A DNA stretch of 64,000 nucleotides from a virus. A model generated the notes under the pieces. That model had not been told where the DNA came from. It worked only from the letters and a program-made list of their open reading frames with translations, and made no database searches. The position numbers were made by a program, and so were the translations under genes. Location of the stretch: IMG/VR virus record IMGVR_UViG_3300010430_000022, positions 1 through 64,000 of that record. One strand, given 5' to 3'. Position 1 is the first letter of the stretch, and every line of letters starts with the position of its first letter. Shown here in pieces: positions 26,183-35,056 of this stretch.

Positions 26183-28591
26183 GTGGCAATTCGAGATCGA
26201 GCACTTACCGCTCTCCGTCGCGTGTTTGGTGACGACAGAGATGAGCGGGAGCGCGCAGAGAGTCCTAGCGCCGACGCTCTACGTCACGCACCCTCCTCCA
26301 CCTACGCCATCTGGGGGCGTGAGGATATTGGCGGGCTTCTCTCGGTCTCCCAGAACCTCATGGATCGCTACGCGGACTACGAGGCAATGAATGACTACCC
26401 AGACATTCGTTGCTTCACCGGAGACATGAAGGTCTACGTTGTTGCCGACAACAACGTCATCGTGCCGACTCCGATCAAGACGATCTGCGAGAGCACCGAA
26501 ACCTTCGAGATCCTTGCCTACGACAAGAAGAAGAAGTGTTTGGTCCCGGTTACGGCTGAGCACCCTCGGATTTCAGGACGTAACGCCCCCATTCTTCGTC
26601 TCGAACTCAGCAACGGCGAAGTTCTCCGCGTTACCCCCAACCACAAAATCTTCTGCGTCGAGCCTCGTCCGGGCTACGTCGAGGCGAAAGACCTGAAGAA
26701 GGGCGCCTTCATTGTTGGTGCTCGTGCCGGCTTCGAGACTGAAGCCAAGAGCATGCTCACCGTCAAGACGGCTGGTGGTGTGTGGCTGAGCGAAGACCCA
26801 GTTCCGGACAGCTTCGCCCCCGAGGTCTATGACATCACGACCTCGACTCACAACCTCTTGGTCAACGGCGTCATTTGCCACAACTCGGCGTTCCACTACT
26901 TCGCCAACGACGCAACGCAGCCCAACATGGACAACGGGCGTGTCTGCTGGCTCCAGAGCCCAGACCAAGCGGTCGTGGACATGGGCGACACGCTCATCAA
27001 GCGCCGCCTCCGGCTTGAAGACGATCTGTTCTCCATCGCCTACTCGCTCTGCCAGTACGGGAACGACTTCGAAGAGGTGCTGGTCACTGAGAACGGCGTG
27101 GTCGGCCTCAACAACTTGGCAGCGCCCACCATGCGCCGAGTGGAGAAGCTCAACGGTAGCCTGATCGGCTACGTACAGGACGTCACAGGTCGCTTTACAG
27201 CCAACCAGGACGAATTGCGTCGGATGCTGGCGGGTGCGCTGACCATTCCCAAGCACGTCGCACTCTTCGAGGACTGGCAGGTCTGCCACTTCCGTTCGCG
27301 CTCAACGACTAGACGCTCACCCTATGGGGTGTCTGTTGGCGAAGGTGCGCGATGGATTTGGAAGCGTCTCGTCATGCTCGAAGACGCGGTCATGATCTAC
27401 AAGCTGACCCGTTCGCCGGCTCGTTACGCCTTCTACGTGGACGTCACGGACGTTCCACCGAACCGTGTCGAGTCTTTCTTGAAGCGCGCCAAGCGCGACC
27501 TCAAGAAGAAGAAGATGGTCAACCCCAACAACAACTTCCTCGACATGCGCTACAACCCGCTCAGCAACGATGAGGACTTCTTCATTGCTGTTCGCGACGG
27601 TCGTGCGCTCTCCCGTGTTGAAGTGCTCTCGGGCCCCGACTACCAGAACACAGACGACGTCGAGTATTTCCAGCGCAAGCTGCACGGCGCCCTCATGGTG
27701 CCTCGCGCCTACATGGGCCAAGACGCGCCAATTCAGGGTCGTGCAATTCTGTCCAACGAGGACGTTCGAGCCGCACGCGTCAGCCTTCAGATCCAAAAGG
27801 AACTGAAGAACGGCATCGAGAGCATCGTTCGCACCGATCTCGCAGCCCGAGGTCACGGTGCCCCGTGGAACGTAGATCTCGACGTCATGATGACCGTGCC
27901 CTCCAACATCTACGAGTTGGCAGCCATGGAGGTGAAGAACGCTCGCGCTGACTTTGCTGCCAGGATCCAGCCCTACGTCTCTATGCGCTGGCTGCTAGAG
28001 AATGTCTTCAAGCTCTCTGACGACGAGATCCGTGAGGTCGAGAAGCAGCGTCGACGCGAGGCCAATCTCGCCGATGCCATGGGTATGGACCCGTCCTTCT
28101 CCGCCTTTACGGGCGGGCGTCCTCCCGATCAGGATCCTGAGATGGACCCAGGAGCGGCAGGAGGAGACCCAGGAGCGGCAGCGCCTCCAGGTGGCGGTCT
28201 ACAAGAGGTTCCTGGTGCTGGTGGAGCCGGACTACAGGAAGTTCCTGGTGGTGGGCTGCAAGAAGTCCCTGGAGCAGGGCTGCAAGAGGTCCCAGGTAAC
28301 GGTCTCGAAGAAGTGCGTCCGGGTAGGAATGCCTCTCGTAATGAGTGGCGTGCTTACGACCGTCGTCGACGTCTTGAAGAGAATCGTTACCGCGAGTCGC
28401 GTCAAAACCACCAGAAGTTGGTGGATATGATCGGAAATCTCCAACAAAATGATGCGGGTTTTGCGCGCCGTTTGGACGAGACAACTTCCTTCTTGAAAGA
28501 GTTCAAGCAAGCGACCATGAAACGCGTCAATGGTCGATTGGTGGGCACTCCTTCAGCAGGAGCGGGTAGACCACAGGCTCGCGGTCACTAG
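26183..28591 (+). CDS. gp20: T4 gp20-like portal protein, intein-containing
   Basis: RYADYEAM, WKRLVMLEDAVMIYKLTRSPARYAFYVDV, EDFFI, DDVEYFQRKLHGALMVP motifs; position upstream of protease and MCP. Confidence 0.93.
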   Translation: MAIRDRALTALRRVFGDDRDERERAESPSADALRHAPSSTYAIWGREDIGGLLSVSQNLMDRYADYEAMNDYPDIRCFTGDMKVYVVADNNVIVPTPIKTICESTETFEILAYDKKKKCLVPVTAEHPRISGRNAPILRLELSNGEVLRVTPNHKIFCVEPRPGYVEAKDLKKGAFIVGARAGFETEAKSMLTVKTAGGVWLSEDPVPDSFAPEVYDITTSTHNLLVNGVICHNSAFHYFANDATQPNMDNGRVCWLQSPDQAVVDMGDTLIKRRLRLEDDLFSIAYSLCQYGNDFEEVLVTENGVVGLNNLAAPTMRRVEKLNGSLIGYVQDVTGRFTANQDELRRMLAGALTIPKHVALFEDWQVCHFRSRSTTRRSPYGVSVGEGARWIWKRLVMLEDAVMIYKLTRSPARYAFYVDVTDVPPNRVESFLKRAKRDLKKKKMVNPNNNFLDMRYNPLSNDEDFFIAVRDGRALSRVEVLSGPDYQNTDDVEYFQRKLHGALMVPRAYMGQDAPIQGRAILSNEDVRAARVSLQIQKELKNGIESIVRTDLAARGHGAPWNVDLDVMMTVPSNIYELAAMEVKNARADFAARIQPYVSMRWLLENVFKLSDDEIREVEKQRRREANLADAMGMDPSFSAFTGGRPPDQDPEMDPGAAGGDPGAAAPPGGGLQEVPGAGGAGLQEVPGGGLQEVPGAGLQEVPGNGLEEVRPGRNASRNEWRAYDRRRRLEENRYRESRQNHQKLVDMIGNLQQNDAGFARRLDETTSFLKEFKQATMKRVNGRLVGTPSAGAGRPQARGH
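26411..26884 (+). mobile_element. Mini-intein (158 aa, no homing endonuclease) in portal
   Basis: CFTGDMKV ... VTPNHKI (TxxH) ... VYDITTSTHNLLVNGVICHN|S with Ser +1. Confidence 0.92.
28196..28315 (+). repeat. Five GL[QE]EV(PG) tandem peptide repeats in the portal C-terminal tail
   Basis: GLQEVPG x4 plus GLEEV; synonymous codons differ between copies. Confidence 0.85.
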
Positions 28592-28652
28592 AGTTTCCGG
28601 CTGGAAACTCCGGGAAACTTCAAAGAAAGTTCGATCTTCCTGTCACAGGTAG

Positions 28653-28681
28653 TTGACGGGTATAGATATAGATTCTAAACC
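28653..28681 (+). promoter_or_regulatory. Possible sigma70-type promoter of the head operon
   Basis: TTGACG-17 nt-TAAACC in an AT-rich gap. Confidence 0.4.
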
Positions 28682-28709
28682 TAGGTATATCGAAGGTCAT
28701 AGGAAACCC

Positions 28710-29546
28710 ATGCCCGTTGTTCTCAAAAACGCAGTCGTCGACCAACTCCGCGCATCACGTTACGCGGACGATGCCATGTCGCGTCTCCGGGAGAACTCCT
28801 GGGAAGTGCAGCGCGGTGCGCTGGTGCGCATGGTCGAGTCGACTGAGTGGCGCTTCGGTCCTGCTGAGTTGATCGCCACCTTCGACCACCACGTCCTGGC
28901 CAAGTCGCCTAGCGGAGACATTGTTCAGGTCGAGTGGTCTACTGGTGATGAGGGTCAGATCTATCTGGGCCGCGCCGTTGTTCACGAGTCCACCACACCT
29001 GTGTCGGACCTGGGCTACGAAGTCATGGAGACCGCTCGCTCCGCTGTCGACAAGATCCTCGACGAGGACTACACAGCAGCCGGCCCCATGATCGCGTGCA
29101 TCACTGAGGCGCTTGACGTCGGCGGTGATCTTCAGCGCCAGATCGGCAACGAGGTGACTGTTCAGTCGCTCAGCCGCCGCGCCTGGTGGCACGACGTTGT
29201 TGGCCTCAACGAGGACACCGTCGAGAAGCTCCCAGAGGTGAATGTCGAAGACATTCAAAAGTCGGCTACCGACCTCCTTGCCTTCTTGAAGGAGCAAGCG
29301 TCCACGCTCTCAATTACTGCTCGTCAACTCGACGGCGGTAACGCAGGGCCAGAGATCGAATCTCTGGCTTCGGACGTCGTTGAGGATGTTCACCGAGCAA
29401 TCTCGGCGCTGATGAACCTCGACCGTCGCCGTACGGCCGAGGTGACCAAGATTTACGAAGCGGTCATGTCTGCGACGCCGCAGCTTCTCAGTGGGATCGC
29501 TTTCCTCTCACAGTTGTCCGAAGCCTCGGACGAGAACGTCAGCTAG
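28710..29546 (+). CDS. Hypothetical head-assembly/core protein
   Basis: AGGA RBS before ATG 28710; acidic; lies between portal and protease. Confidence 0.6.
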   Translation: MPVVLKNAVVDQLRASRYADDAMSRLRENSWEVQRGALVRMVESTEWRFGPAELIATFDHHVLAKSPSGDIVQVEWSTGDEGQIYLGRAVVHESTTPVSDLGYEVMETARSAVDKILDEDYTAAGPMIACITEALDVGGDLQRQIGNEVTVQSLSRRAWWHDVVGLNEDTVEKLPEVNVEDIQKSATDLLAFLKEQASTLSITARQLDGGNAGPEIESLASDVVEDVHRAISALMNLDRRRTAEVTKIYEAVMSATPQLLSGIAFLSQLSEASDENVS

Positions 29547-29575
29547 CCAGGTCGGAAGGCCCGAGGAGATTTCAC

Positions 29576-30727
29576 ATGATGCTTCCAGCTACAGGTCCGA
29601 CGACCTCCCTTATGGAAGACCTCCAGTCCCTCAACATGGTTGAGTCGAGTGGACCTTCTACAAAGGTCAAGCAGGTCAAGCAGTCTGACCCCGAAGGCGG
29701 AGACTACGCCGGCAAGCCTGGCAACAAGACCCCTGATCCGGGCGGTGACGTCGACCTGGAAACTGGTGACGCGGCTGCCGGTCACTACACCTACGTCCCC
29801 GGACGTGGTGACGAGAACGTCGGTCCCGACGGCAAGTACGGCAAGAGCCGTGGCGGCGCCAAGAACGAGGACTACGAGGACTCTTCGGGCAAGATGGTTC
29901 CGAGCTTCATGATTCCTCCCGCCGTCTCCGCTGACGAGATCGCCGAGGAGCAGGAGGCTCTGGCCGAGCAGGCTCGCGCTGGCCAACTGAACCGTGCTTG
30001 GGACGTCATCAACGCCTACTTCAGCGAGGACGACGACGGTCTCAACGAGGATGGCCTGCGCGGCGTCATCAACGCCATGGGCCACGCGATCAACGTCGCC
30101 GTCGAAGACATCGCCATGCTTCAGGGTGAGAACGTTCGCCTGACCGAGGCGGTCAACGACCTGAACCGGATCCTCAAGGAGTCCGAGCTTCACGAGGCAG
30201 CAATGCCCCCTGAGATGATGGCCAAGTACCAGGCCATGCAGGCCAAGGGCGACGACGACGACGAGGAAGAGGACGACGACGACGACGAAGACGACGAGAA
30301 GGGTTCGAAGCAGGCAGCTTCCTACCGCTCCCGTTCCAACCTTCACGAGGACGCTAGCCTCAACTCGATCCTCGACGAGGTTGCCTCCATTGGCGGCAGC
30401 CCTCGCCAGCAGGCGATCAGCGCCCAGAGCAAGCTGATCGAAGCCTTCGAGAGCGTGCTGGAGTCGGCCTCTGAAGTCGTCGACCGTGTTGTGGACGTGA
30501 TCCGTGACGACGAAGGTCTCGCTGAGGACGAGGAGATCGAGCTTCCCGAAGACGACGCGCGCCTCAAGGTCGCGAACTACTTCTACGGGATCGCCGAGGA
30601 CGCCCAGGGCTACCTCAACCGCCTGGCAGATGGCGACGTCGCCTTCCGCGTGGCCGAGGAAGACCTGAGCCGCTTGCACGCTGACATCCAGAACGGCATC
30701 GACGCGATGCACAAGATCCCCGCGTAA
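29576..30727 (+). CDS. Acidic prohead core/scaffolding protein
   Basis: Poly-Asp/Glu tract, helical, many hydrophobic-X-E sites (LMED, LNED, LTEA, LHEA, LHED, LIEA); position upstream of protease. Confidence 0.65.
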   Translation: MMLPATGPTTSLMEDLQSLNMVESSGPSTKVKQVKQSDPEGGDYAGKPGNKTPDPGGDVDLETGDAAAGHYTYVPGRGDENVGPDGKYGKSRGGAKNEDYEDSSGKMVPSFMIPPAVSADEIAEEQEALAEQARAGQLNRAWDVINAYFSEDDDGLNEDGLRGVINAMGHAINVAVEDIAMLQGENVRLTEAVNDLNRILKESELHEAAMPPEMMAKYQAMQAKGDDDDEEEDDDDDEDDEKGSKQAASYRSRSNLHEDASLNSILDEVASIGGSPRQQAISAQSKLIEAFESVLESASEVVDRVVDVIRDDEGLAEDEEIELPEDDARLKVANYFYGIAEDAQGYLNRLADGDVAFRVAEEDLSRLHADIQNGIDAMHKIPA

Positions 30728-30782
30728 GGAGACGTAGTCGAGGAACGGTTTCGGTAACCCACGACTAAGTCTGGAGACTTTC

Positions 30783-32654
30783 ATGACGACCAACACAATG
30801 AGCCCACAGGTAGAGCAGCGTTTCCGTGCAAACGCCAGCGCTACCCGTCGGCCTCTGGTCGACAACATGTTGGTGGAGTCTGAGGGCTTCACCAAGATGA
30901 CCGTCCTGGCCGAAGACTCTCAGAGCAAGGGCGCTCTGATTGTCGAAGGTCTGGTCGGTATCTGTGGAAAGGCGACGAAGAATCGTCGTCTCTACACAGA
31001 GTCGATCATGAAGCGAGAGATCAAGCGTCTTCAGGAACGGATCGATTCTCGGTCCCTCCTGGCTGCTGTGGATCACCCCACAGACGGCAAGTCGCGTATC
31101 CGTGAGGCTGGCGCCATCTGCGTTGGTCTCCGGTGCGAGGCCGACGGTCGGATCATCGGCAAGTACGAAATCGTCGAAGACTCGACCGGTGGTAAGGATC
31201 TCGCCGCATTCCTGCGTGCAGGTGCCTCCATTGGTATGTCCTCCCGTGGCCTGGGTTCGACCTCGGTCAACATGGAAGGCGTCCACGTTGTTGGCGAGGA
31301 CTTCAAGCTCCACGGCTTCGACTTCGTCGCTGATCCCGCTTGCGAGACGGCCTATCCCACACTGGTGTCTGAGGACGTCGACGCGGCACAGGTCGACGAG
31401 AACCAGCTTCGCGCAACCTTCGGCAACCTTGTCGAGCAGATCGAAGATCGCGCTCGCCAGGCTGGTGCCGAGATCGCTGAAGAAGAGGTTCGGGCTCAGG
31501 TCGAAGAGGAGTTCAAGTCGGCACTCGATGAGGCCGGTGGCAAGCTCCGTGAAGACATCAAGCTCCAGGTGGAGTCCGAGATCCGCGAACAGCTTCGCGA
31601 AGACTTCTCGGTCAAGCTCCTAAAGGCCCTCCAAGAGCAGCGGACTCAGATCGAGTCTGTTGTGCGCTCAGAGCTTCTCTCCGACCCCAAGGTCGGTGCC
31701 GCCAAGCGCTTCATGGAAGACCTCGCTCAGAAGCTCGTGCCCTTCGCACCGGCGCCCGACCAGCAAGTCGTCATGGACGATTACGAGGCCAAGCTGGCTT
31801 CGCTGCGTGAGGACGTCGAGAAGAACGAGGCTGCGGTCGGCGCCAAGGACAGCGTCATCAACGAGATGGCCGAGCGCGTTGAGGTCGCCGAACAGGCCGC
31901 TCGCTCGCTGGGCTACAAGCTCTACATCGAGCGCTGCCTTGAGGGTCGCGAGAACGCTGCTCACCTCCGTGAGATGATCGGCACCCCTGACGGCAGCGAG
32001 AGCGCCGACGATCTCCGTGATCGCGTCAGCGCAGTTCTGAACCAGGTCTCCGAGGCAGAGGATCAGGCCCAAGCGCAAGCTCAGTCCAAGATCAAGCTCA
32101 AGGAGCACAAGGCCGATCTGGCCCGCAGGAAGGCAGAGGTCGCAACCGAAGACTTCGACCGTTTCCGCTCTGAGATGGAAGGACGCTTCGAACGTCTCTC
32201 CACTCGCATGGGATCGCAAATCCGCGAGAAGGATCGTGCGCTCTCCGAGGCTCTCGGCCATATCGAGAACCTAGAGAGCACAGTGGGCCAGTCCCGTCGT
32301 CAGCTTCAAGAAGCTGACCTTCGCGCATACGCGGCCCGACGCGTTATCGGCCACCCCCGCGCAAACGACATTCTCTCCCTCGTTGAGAGTGGACGAGTGA
32401 CCTCGAAGGACCAAGTCCAGCAACTTGCCGAGCAGTGGGACAACACTGCAAGCGAGCCTGGCGGGGTCAGTGAGCGCATTCGTCGTTCACTTGGGCGAGG
32501 CCGTGAGGCCCCCACTGAGGACGACCAACAGCGGTTTACTCAACTAATGGAAGACCAGCAGACCATTCCCGGTCTTGAGGGCTTCGACACCACCATGGGA
32601 GAACTCCGCGCGCTGTCGGGGATCGATCATGACTCTTTCAATGGCAGATTCTAA
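30783..32654 (+). CDS. gp21: T4 gp21-like prohead protease fused to a coiled-coil scaffold
   Basis: NRRLY, VDHP (His), GMSSRGLGS (Ser), FDFVADPA; ~430 aa helical extension. Confidence 0.92.
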   Translation: MTTNTMSPQVEQRFRANASATRRPLVDNMLVESEGFTKMTVLAEDSQSKGALIVEGLVGICGKATKNRRLYTESIMKREIKRLQERIDSRSLLAAVDHPTDGKSRIREAGAICVGLRCEADGRIIGKYEIVEDSTGGKDLAAFLRAGASIGMSSRGLGSTSVNMEGVHVVGEDFKLHGFDFVADPACETAYPTLVSEDVDAAQVDENQLRATFGNLVEQIEDRARQAGAEIAEEEVRAQVEEEFKSALDEAGGKLREDIKLQVESEIREQLREDFSVKLLKALQEQRTQIESVVRSELLSDPKVGAAKRFMEDLAQKLVPFAPAPDQQVVMDDYEAKLASLREDVEKNEAAVGAKDSVINEMAERVEVAEQAARSLGYKLYIERCLEGRENAAHLREMIGTPDGSESADDLRDRVSAVLNQVSEAEDQAQAQAQSKIKLKEHKADLARRKAEVATEDFDRFRSEMEGRFERLSTRMGSQIREKDRALSEALGHIENLESTVGQSRRQLQEADLRAYAARRVIGHPRANDILSLVESGRVTSKDQVQQLAEQWDNTASEPGGVSERIRRSLGRGREAPTEDDQQRFTQLMEDQQTIPGLEGFDTTMGELRALSGIDHDSFNGRF

Positions 32655-32666
32655 GGAGGGACACCC

Positions 32667-34112
32667 ATGTTCCAGGCACGTTCAATGATTGCCGAGAGTG
32701 CAGAAGGGTGCGCCCTCGCCGATCACGGTATGGTTCGACAGTACGTCAACAAGTGGGCTCCCCTGCTTGAAGGCATCGAGTCCGAACTCGACAAGTTCAC
32801 CCCTCGTGGGCAGGCCCAGTATGTGAAGTCCGTCGCGGCCTTCATGCTGGAGAACCAGGCTCGACACCTCAAGCGGCTCTCTGAGGAGACTCGGGCGCTG
32901 TCGGTCGGCCCGTTCTTGAAGTTCGTCTTTCCCGTCATCCGACGCGCCGCCGTGCGGTTGGTTGCGACGCAGATTGCGTCCGTCCAGCCCATGACCGGTC
33001 CCATCGGTGGCGTGGCCTTCTACAGGCCACGTTATGCGACGGACAAGGGTCAGGTCGTCGCCGGCCAGGAGATGAACAAGACGTTCAACAAGTGGTACTC
33101 GTCGAACTTCATCGACGGCGAAGGCATTGGCACCGGCAACGGCACCAACACCGTCTTCTCCTCGAACCTGAAGTTCCCTCGGGTTCTCTCCGGCACCCTC
33201 CGGGTCCTGGTTCGCACGGCTGGCACGACCCAGACGGGCACCCTGGTCGGAACTGACAACGGCGCTGGCGGTCTGACCGCTGTTGCTGGCGGGCCTCTCG
33301 CTGGCGGCACGATCAACTACCAGGCTGGTCAGCTTCAGGTCAACTTCGCCGCCGCTCCGGCGACGACCGACGAAGTGCTCATTGAGTACAAGTACGACAA
33401 CGAACTGAACCCCCGGATCCCCGAAGTCCAGTTGGACATCGCGATCCAGGAGATCCGTGCGGAGTCGCGCAAGCTCAAGAGCCTGGCGTCCGTCGAGGCT
33501 GCGGACGACCTCCGCGCCCTCTGGGGACGTGACATCGACGCCGACCTCGTTGCTCACATGAGTGACGAAATGACGGCGGAGATCGACCGCGAGATCGCCG
33601 GCACGGCGCTGAACGCAGTCGAGGGTCTGGCCATGCTGGACTGGGACCGTGCGACTCCTTCGGGCGTCTCCGATCCTGAGCACCTCCAGTCGCTCGTGAT
33701 CCGCATGTCCGAGGCGAGCCACATCGTTCACCGTCGCACCCAGCGTGCGCCGACGAACTGGTGCATCACCTCGTCCGAGGTCGCTGCCCTCCTGGAGACC
33801 ATGCCCGGATTCGCTTCCGTGGACGATGGTCACGTCTACCAGGGAGGCATCATGAAGGGAGGTGTCCTCAACAGGAAGTGGGTTATCTACGTTGATCCCC
33901 TCTTCCCGCAGGACGAGATCCTCATGGGTTACCAGGGTCCTTCGATCCTGGACACCGGCATGATCTACTCGCCCTACGTGCCGATGGAGATCACGCCTAA
34001 CTTCGTTGACCCCAACGACTTCAGCCTCCGTCGCGCGATCCGCACGCGTCACAAGATCACCCTGATCCGGCCGGAGTTCTTCTCGAAGGTCAAGATCTCG
34101 AACCTCAACTAG
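32667..34112 (+). CDS. gp23: T4 gp23-like major capsid protein
   Basis: SVQPMTGPIG, AESRKLK, EIDREI, YSPYVP, DPNDFS..RAIRTR motifs; Gly/Thr-rich insertion domain; strong RBS. Confidence 0.95.
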   Translation: MFQARSMIAESAEGCALADHGMVRQYVNKWAPLLEGIESELDKFTPRGQAQYVKSVAAFMLENQARHLKRLSEETRALSVGPFLKFVFPVIRRAAVRLVATQIASVQPMTGPIGGVAFYRPRYATDKGQVVAGQEMNKTFNKWYSSNFIDGEGIGTGNGTNTVFSSNLKFPRVLSGTLRVLVRTAGTTQTGTLVGTDNGAGGLTAVAGGPLAGGTINYQAGQLQVNFAAAPATTDEVLIEYKYDNELNPRIPEVQLDIAIQEIRAESRKLKSLASVEAADDLRALWGRDIDADLVAHMSDEMTAEIDREIAGTALNAVEGLAMLDWDRATPSGVSDPEHLQSLVIRMSEASHIVHRRTQRAPTNWCITSSEVAALLETMPGFASVDDGHVYQGGIMKGGVLNRKWVIYVDPLFPQDEILMGYQGPSILDTGMIYSPYVPMEITPNFVDPNDFSLRRAIRTRHKITLIRPEFFSKVKISNLN

Positions 34113-34134
34113 GTTCGAACTCCCTTCGGCTTTG

Positions 34135-34170
34135 AAAGAGGGCGGCGGCAGATGCCGCCGCCCTTTTTCT
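34135..34170 (+). terminator. Rho-independent terminator after MCP
   Basis: AAAGAGGGCGGCGGCA-GA-TGCCGCCGCCCTTTTTCT. Confidence 0.9.
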
Positions 34171-34211
34171 ATGTCTAGACGTCCTTCCTTCGAGCTAACC
34201 GTGAGGTAACC

Positions 34212-35045
34212 GTGAGCACTCTCTTCGAACGAATCGGCCTCGCAGAAGGACGAGGACGAAACTTCCGGATTGCTGATCGCAGAGGTGACGCGGCGCGAGC
34301 AGACTGGTATTCCGATGACTCGGAGAGTCGTCGGAAGCGTAGTCAACGTCGTGCAATCGCCAAATTCCTCAAGCCAGCAGAGGATTGGGCTGACAAGGAA
34401 TCAGACAGTCTTGGGCACAACAAGAGGCAGCGAGAAGAGCACGCCCGCTATCACACCACGCTAGCTCTCAACCCCAGTCTGAAGGATGACGCAAGCTTCC
34501 ATCAGGACCACAAGGACCGTCTCTATAAGCATCAAGAGACGGCGCAGCGGAATCGCCCTGTCCGATCTAAGGATCAGAAGAAGCGTGGTGGTGTCGGAGC
34601 GCAATGGGACACCGTCGTCGGCGGTAAGCGCGCCAAGCGCTTTGAGGCTACGGAGTCGATGTTCGACCGTGTTTTCACCGAGGGCGTAAAGAAGCTCCAA
34701 CGTGCTGGTCAGGGCCTTGTAGCCTCTGGCACTGTGAGGAATGTCGCAAACCCTCGCTCTGGTCCGGACTACCCTTACACGCGCCCAGATCCAGATGAGG
34801 CCCGAACGGCGAAGGCGCTCTATAAGGCGCACTCTTCTGACGAGCGCGAGACAGCCAGCATCCGAGGCACTTCACGCAAAGAGGCGATGAAGAAAGCGAC
34901 CGACAAGACTAAGGCTGAGTTGGAGGACGATCCTCAGGACAGGTGGCGAGACGCCAACTGGAAGCCTAAGCGTCGCCCTCGTGTCAGCAGGCAAGAGCGC
35001 AAGGCTTACCACGACACGCGTGGTGGTGACCGAGAGACCCACTAA
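34212..35045 (+). CDS. Basic putative internal head protein (two modules)
   Basis: MSTLFERIGLAE N-terminus and internal ESMFDRVFTE; Arg/Lys-rich. Confidence 0.6.
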   Translation: MSTLFERIGLAEGRGRNFRIADRRGDAARADWYSDDSESRRKRSQRRAIAKFLKPAEDWADKESDSLGHNKRQREEHARYHTTLALNPSLKDDASFHQDHKDRLYKHQETAQRNRPVRSKDQKKRGGVGAQWDTVVGGKRAKRFEATESMFDRVFTEGVKKLQRAGQGLVASGTVRNVANPRSGPDYPYTRPDPDEARTAKALYKAHSSDERETASIRGTSRKEAMKKATDKTKAELEDDPQDRWRDANWKPKRRPRVSRQERKAYHDTRGGDRETH

Positions 35046-35056
35046 GGAGAAGCCGC

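Noticed and set aside
28653-28709. ORF-track TTG start at 28653 (similarly 23942, 47392, 55827, 21934)
   Set aside because: Downstream starts have a better RBS or translational coupling; 28653 coincides with a -35-like hexamer
32682-34346. Long antisense ORFs (also 29543-30895, 44725-46119, 50528-52003, 4262-5434)
   Set aside because: They lie opposite clearly identifiable genes with strong codon bias, and their translations have no family motifs; treated as shadow ORFs
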